Source: a virus
Lineage: Duplodnaviria > Heunggongvirae > Uroviricota > Caudoviricetes
Strand: one strand, 5' to 3'
Virus record (IMG/VR): IMGVR_UViG_3300047557_002576
DNA: 20,621 nucleotides
Shown: positions 17,345 to 20,621 of the stretch, in pieces
Layout of the letters: every line of letters begins with the position of its first letter
Numbering within the stretch: position 1 is the stretch's first letter
The notes under the pieces: generated by a model
Databases searched by the model: none
What the model saw: the letters and a program-made list of their open reading frames with translations, nothing else
What the model was told of the DNA's origin: nothing
Program-made: the position numbers and the translations under genes

Positions 17345-17373
17345 ATTATAGGGCATCTGGGTTGGGGTGTCAA
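17345..17373 (-). promoter_or_regulatory. Perfect-consensus sigma70 promoter heading the island
   Basis: TTGACA (17373-17368), 17-nt spacer, TATAAT (17350-17345). Confidence 0.9.
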
Positions 17374-17394
17374 CCCCCTTTATCTACCACTTAT

Positions 17395-17475
17395 CTATTG
17401 GACACTTCTGCCTTTGAAAAACTTTACATATTCATTAAAATAAGATTGTAAACCGTAAGTTTGAATGTCTGACAT
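17395..17475 (-). pseudogene. 26-codon probable 5' remnant of a truncated structural gene
   Basis: ATG 1 nt after the upstream TAA. Encodes MSDIQTYGLQSYFNEYVKFFKGRSVQ, then a TAG just upstream of the island promoter. Confidence 0.45.
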
Positions 17476-17476
17476 T

Positions 17477-18040
17477 TTAGAAAATTGTATTTAAAATTGT
17501 AGATGTAAATCCACCAATAAATCCATCTAGATAATCGCCGCCGACAAAACTTCCATCAAAAACTTGTTTTAAAAATCCTTTACCCAGTTCATCAATTAGA
17601 CTGCCTGTAGGTGATGAGACATCAAGTTTATTACCTTTTATTAAAGTTCTTCCAGAACCACTTTGAATGTTTATATTTCTCCCTGCCTTTAGATGAATAT
17701 CTTCATCTGCTTCTAACATAATGGAAGTCGCTCTTATACGAACCATTCCATTAGCAGTAATTGAAACATTACCATTGTTACCAATAATAATTACATCCTC
17801 ACTTTGACCCTGATTTTCAGTTCCACCAGAAATCTGAATTGTTCTATCATTATAAATTGAAAATATACCTCCACTACTCAAAGAAATTGATGATTGATTA
17901 TCTCCATTATCTGTTACTCCATAAATTTTATAAACATCAGTGCCAGATAATCCCATCTGTGGATTGGCAGTATCAATTCTAAAATTAGGATTGAAACTGA
18001 TTAATTGTCTTTTATATAAATTTTTACTTCTTTCTGCCAT
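17477..18040 (-). CDS. gp5 C-terminal/needle-like beta-strand repeat protein, 187 aa
   Basis: Serial short beta-strands (SSISLSSGG IFSIYNDR TIQISGG..VSITANG MVRIRAT SIMLEADE DIHLKAGR NINIQSG) as in gp5/VgrG triple beta-helix needles. Lies immediately downstream of the gp5 OB protein. Confidence 0.65.
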   Translation of the reverse strand: MAERSKNLYKRQLISFNPNFRIDTANPQMGLSGTDVYKIYGVTDNGDNQSSISLSSGGIFSIYNDRTIQISGGTENQGQSEDVIIIGNNGNVSITANGMVRIRATSIMLEADEDIHLKAGRNINIQSGSGRTLIKGNKLDVSSPTGSLIDELGKGFLKQVFDGSFVGGDYLDGFIGGFTSTILNTIF

Positions 18041-18044
18041 TTTA

Positions 18045-19970
18045 TCAGATACACTGTACTACTTTTTGAACTTCTCCAGAGAAATTCGCATTTCCTAATA
18101 ATGGTCGAAGAATTGCACCGGATCCAGAGGATCCTGGAACAGTTTTTACACTCAAAAATGGAAGAGACTGGGTTAAATTATTTAGAGGATTAACTTGATA
18201 GATTCTACCGTCTACAATTTGAGTTTTATACTCATTTCCAAAATTATCAATAACTACATCACCTTCAACATAACCAATTCCACCATTTTCAACAATAACA
18301 TCAAATACAGAATACTCTGATATATTACCAACTGAATAATTTTCTCCGACTGAAGACATATAAATTGATGTAACTTGTCCATTTTCATCAATTAATGATC
18401 TTGCCACCGCACCATATCCCTGCTCAGCATCATCCACAATTTCTACAAATGGTGGAAATGTATATCCAGATCCAGGATTTGTTACTTGAACACCAATGAT
18501 ACTTGCAGTTGTATTTCCATCAGGGTTGGTTACAATATCTCCAAAAATAGGAACAGCAGTTGCTCCAGATCCAGATCCACCAAAGATGTTGATAATTGGG
18601 GGATTTGCAAGTTGGAGAGCACCTGAAAAACATTCAGAAACAGAATTTGGATCAACACCGGAGTTTTGATAATTTACAATATTTTGTATTCCAGAATATG
18701 GATTTACATCTCCATATTTTGGACCTCCACCTACAACCCATTCATTAACAAGACCTTGATAGTTGGAATAGTTTTGATTACAATCAAACGCTGCAGCACC
18801 GGCAGATCCAAGTCCATCAATCACGGAACGACTTAAATTTCCTACACTGAAGTCTGTAAAAAACTGGAGAAGTTTTGATACCCCTGCTAATGGAGAACTC
18901 ATTAAAGTTTCAATAGTATCAATGATTGAATTTAAAAGAGATCCAGTAAATTGATCTGCTGCACAAGAAACAAATCTATCAACATTTTCAATCGTAGAAG
19001 TAATTATATCGACTACAACATTTGTGAGTTCATCAATTACTTTTCCAGCAACACATGAAAATGAGTCTTCAAGTTCTTTTACTGGAGCAACCATTGCTTT
19101 CTGTGCAGCAACTCCTGCAAGATGTGCAGCAACTGGATTTGATGTAGCTGCAAGAACTATCGCATATACCAAATCATAAAGTAATTTTAAACCTGTTTTA
19201 AGAAGACCTCGAAGTGTTGTTATCAATGTGTTCATAATGTATCCAATAAATTCATTACATAATGCTACAATTTTTGCTGCTGCTTTTCTTATTTCATCTC
19301 GAATTCTTTGGACATTTTCTCCAAGTCTTCTTACTTTTTTTATTAGATTTGTAATTATAGACTTTATTTTGGATGTTTTAGCATTTTGAGCAGTATTTGC
19401 AAGAGGTATAATATCTCCGATTGCAGCGTTTGCTGATACGACCTGATAACCAAATATTGGAGATAACCGATCTGCTTGTTCAGGTGAAACATCTTGTGGT
19501 GATGGTAAGGAATTTGATTTTACCTCATTACTTTCACTGGGATTGACTTTATTTTTTTGAATAGCACTAGAAAATCCAGTGAAAGGAATAAATGGTGATT
19601 GGTAAGTTGCTGATGGAACAGAATCTGTTCTGCCAAATGTTGCCAGAATAACTGGTATTTGTGCATTATCTCCATCTAAGAAAAATCCAAGTACAACATC
19701 TCCAGGTTGTAACTGAACTCCCGTAGCACAATTTGCCGCACCACTTCCAGATGTTGTTGGGATGAGAACTTGTGCCCAGGGAAGATCTTCATTTGGAAGA
19801 TCTGCTTCACTGTATGGATGATAACCAAGTATCCTTACCTTAAATCTATTTCCCCATCCACCACCTTCTATTTGTTTTCCCATCGATTCAATTGGTGGTA
19901 TTTGTCCTATCCACCAACGAAATCCATCTCTTCCTATAAAATGACTTTGAAGTAATGATTGATCTAACAT
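18045..19970 (-). CDS. gp5: gp5-like baseplate hub/central spike protein (N-terminal OB fold; no lysozyme motif seen), 641 aa
   Basis: FIGRDGFRWWIGQI..RFKVRILGYHP..DLPWAQVL..GDVVLGFFLDGDNAQIPVILATF matches the T4 gp5 N-terminal OB domain. Confidence 0.85.
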   Translation of the reverse strand: MLDQSLLQSHFIGRDGFRWWIGQIPPIESMGKQIEGGGWGNRFKVRILGYHPYSEADLPNEDLPWAQVLIPTTSGSGAANCATGVQLQPGDVVLGFFLDGDNAQIPVILATFGRTDSVPSATYQSPFIPFTGFSSAIQKNKVNPSESNEVKSNSLPSPQDVSPEQADRLSPIFGYQVVSANAAIGDIIPLANTAQNAKTSKIKSIITNLIKKVRRLGENVQRIRDEIRKAAAKIVALCNEFIGYIMNTLITTLRGLLKTGLKLLYDLVYAIVLAATSNPVAAHLAGVAAQKAMVAPVKELEDSFSCVAGKVIDELTNVVVDIITSTIENVDRFVSCAADQFTGSLLNSIIDTIETLMSSPLAGVSKLLQFFTDFSVGNLSRSVIDGLGSAGAAAFDCNQNYSNYQGLVNEWVVGGGPKYGDVNPYSGIQNIVNYQNSGVDPNSVSECFSGALQLANPPIINIFGGSGSGATAVPIFGDIVTNPDGNTTASIIGVQVTNPGSGYTFPPFVEIVDDAEQGYGAVARSLIDENGQVTSIYMSSVGENYSVGNISEYSVFDVIVENGGIGYVEGDVVIDNFGNEYKTQIVDGRIYQVNPLNNLTQSLPFLSVKTVPGSSGSGAILRPLLGNANFSGEVQKVVQCI

Positions 19971-19973
19971 GGG

Positions 19974-20621
19974 TTATTTTCTTGCCTCTACATTGACTCC
20001 AAAAGTGTCTCTTAATAATTTCATTGATGTATAAGAATTTTCTACATCAAAATGATGACATACTTCTTTAATCATATATAGACCACTTGTTTCCGAATCA
20101 AATTCCTTTGCATTAGATTGTGTTATCTTCGGAAATTTACATTCAATTAAATCTCCGGCTCTTAGATTTGTATTTGATGGTACTACAATATTTACAGTTT
20201 GTGTAAATAGCACATTATATCTCATTAAAGATTGTGATTGGTATTGTGATTGATCGGAATTAATTTCAGTTGATACACCTCTTTCCATTGTTCCAATATC
20301 ATAAATTGCAGTAATTATGCGAGTAGGAACATCACCTAAAGTTTTACTAGAGTCTTCTGATAATGGCGGTAACTTTAACTTATTACCAAGATTCTTTGTT
20401 TTTTGCACATAATTTTCAAATTTAAAAATACCATCTTCAGGACTTGAAAATGAAAAATCTAATGGATTAAAAAACATCCTTTGAGTTGCATAAGTTCCAA
20501 GTCTTAACTTTTCAAGTAAATTTTGATTTTTATCAACATAGTAATTTAAAATTTTAAAGTCATTATTAGTTTTCTTATCATTTTCATCATAAGATGATTG
20601 AGCTTCTGTATAAGTATACAC
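19974..20621 (-). CDS. Partial (3' part) gp27/GPD-like baseplate hub protein
   Basis: Frame is open to the right edge, so the listed GTG start is an edge artefact. C-terminal NLRAGDLIECKFP..SGLYMIKEVCHHF..TSMKLLRD is typical of hub proteins, and the gene directly precedes gp5. Confidence 0.7.
   Translation of the reverse strand: MYTYTEAQSSYDENDKKTNNDFKILNYYVDKNQNLLEKLRLGTYATQRMFFNPLDFSFSSPEDGIFKFENYVQKTKNLGNKLKLPPLSEDSSKTLGDVPTRIITAIYDIGTMERGVSTEINSDQSQYQSQSLMRYNVLFTQTVNIVVPSNTNLRAGDLIECKFPKITQSNAKEFDSETSGLYMIKEVCHHFDVENSYTSMKLLRDTFGVNVEARK

Noticed and set aside
1509-19955. Other short ORFs in the track (e.g. 1509, 3826, 4118, 4583, 7164, 8452, 9670, 10730, 12422, 12787, 14315, 14637, 19770)
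   Set aside because: All are nested in or antisense to long structural genes and have no recognisable motifs.

Overview
AT-rich segment of a T4-like myophage genome. The late-promoter variant, gene architecture and protein motifs point to a T4-like cyanophage (inference). All supported genes are on the minus strand. In transcription order (right to left): partial gp27-like baseplate hub; gp5 OB-fold protein with no recognisable lysozyme domain; a separate gp5 needle-like beta-strand protein; a 26-codon truncated gene remnant; a ~1.5 kb island with three near-perfect sigma70 promoters; then a late structural block (101 aa, 1857 aa fibre with collar and gp12-like tip, 876 aa beta-helix tailspike-like protein, two ~1100 aa paralogues, and a partial gene missed by the ORF track). 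The island holds two small ORFs (one Phd/YefM antitoxin-like), an atypical long-variable-arm tRNA-like RNA with a UAU anticodon, a heptamer hairpin, a canonical tRNA-Ile(UAU), an HNH homing-type endonuclease and tRNA-Leu(UAA). The most unusual signal is the co-transcribed pair of UAU-anticodon RNAs, one canonical and one with a non-standard cloverleaf, directly downstream of an orphan antitoxin-like ORF. All protein calls are from motif reading by eye; no database searches were run.
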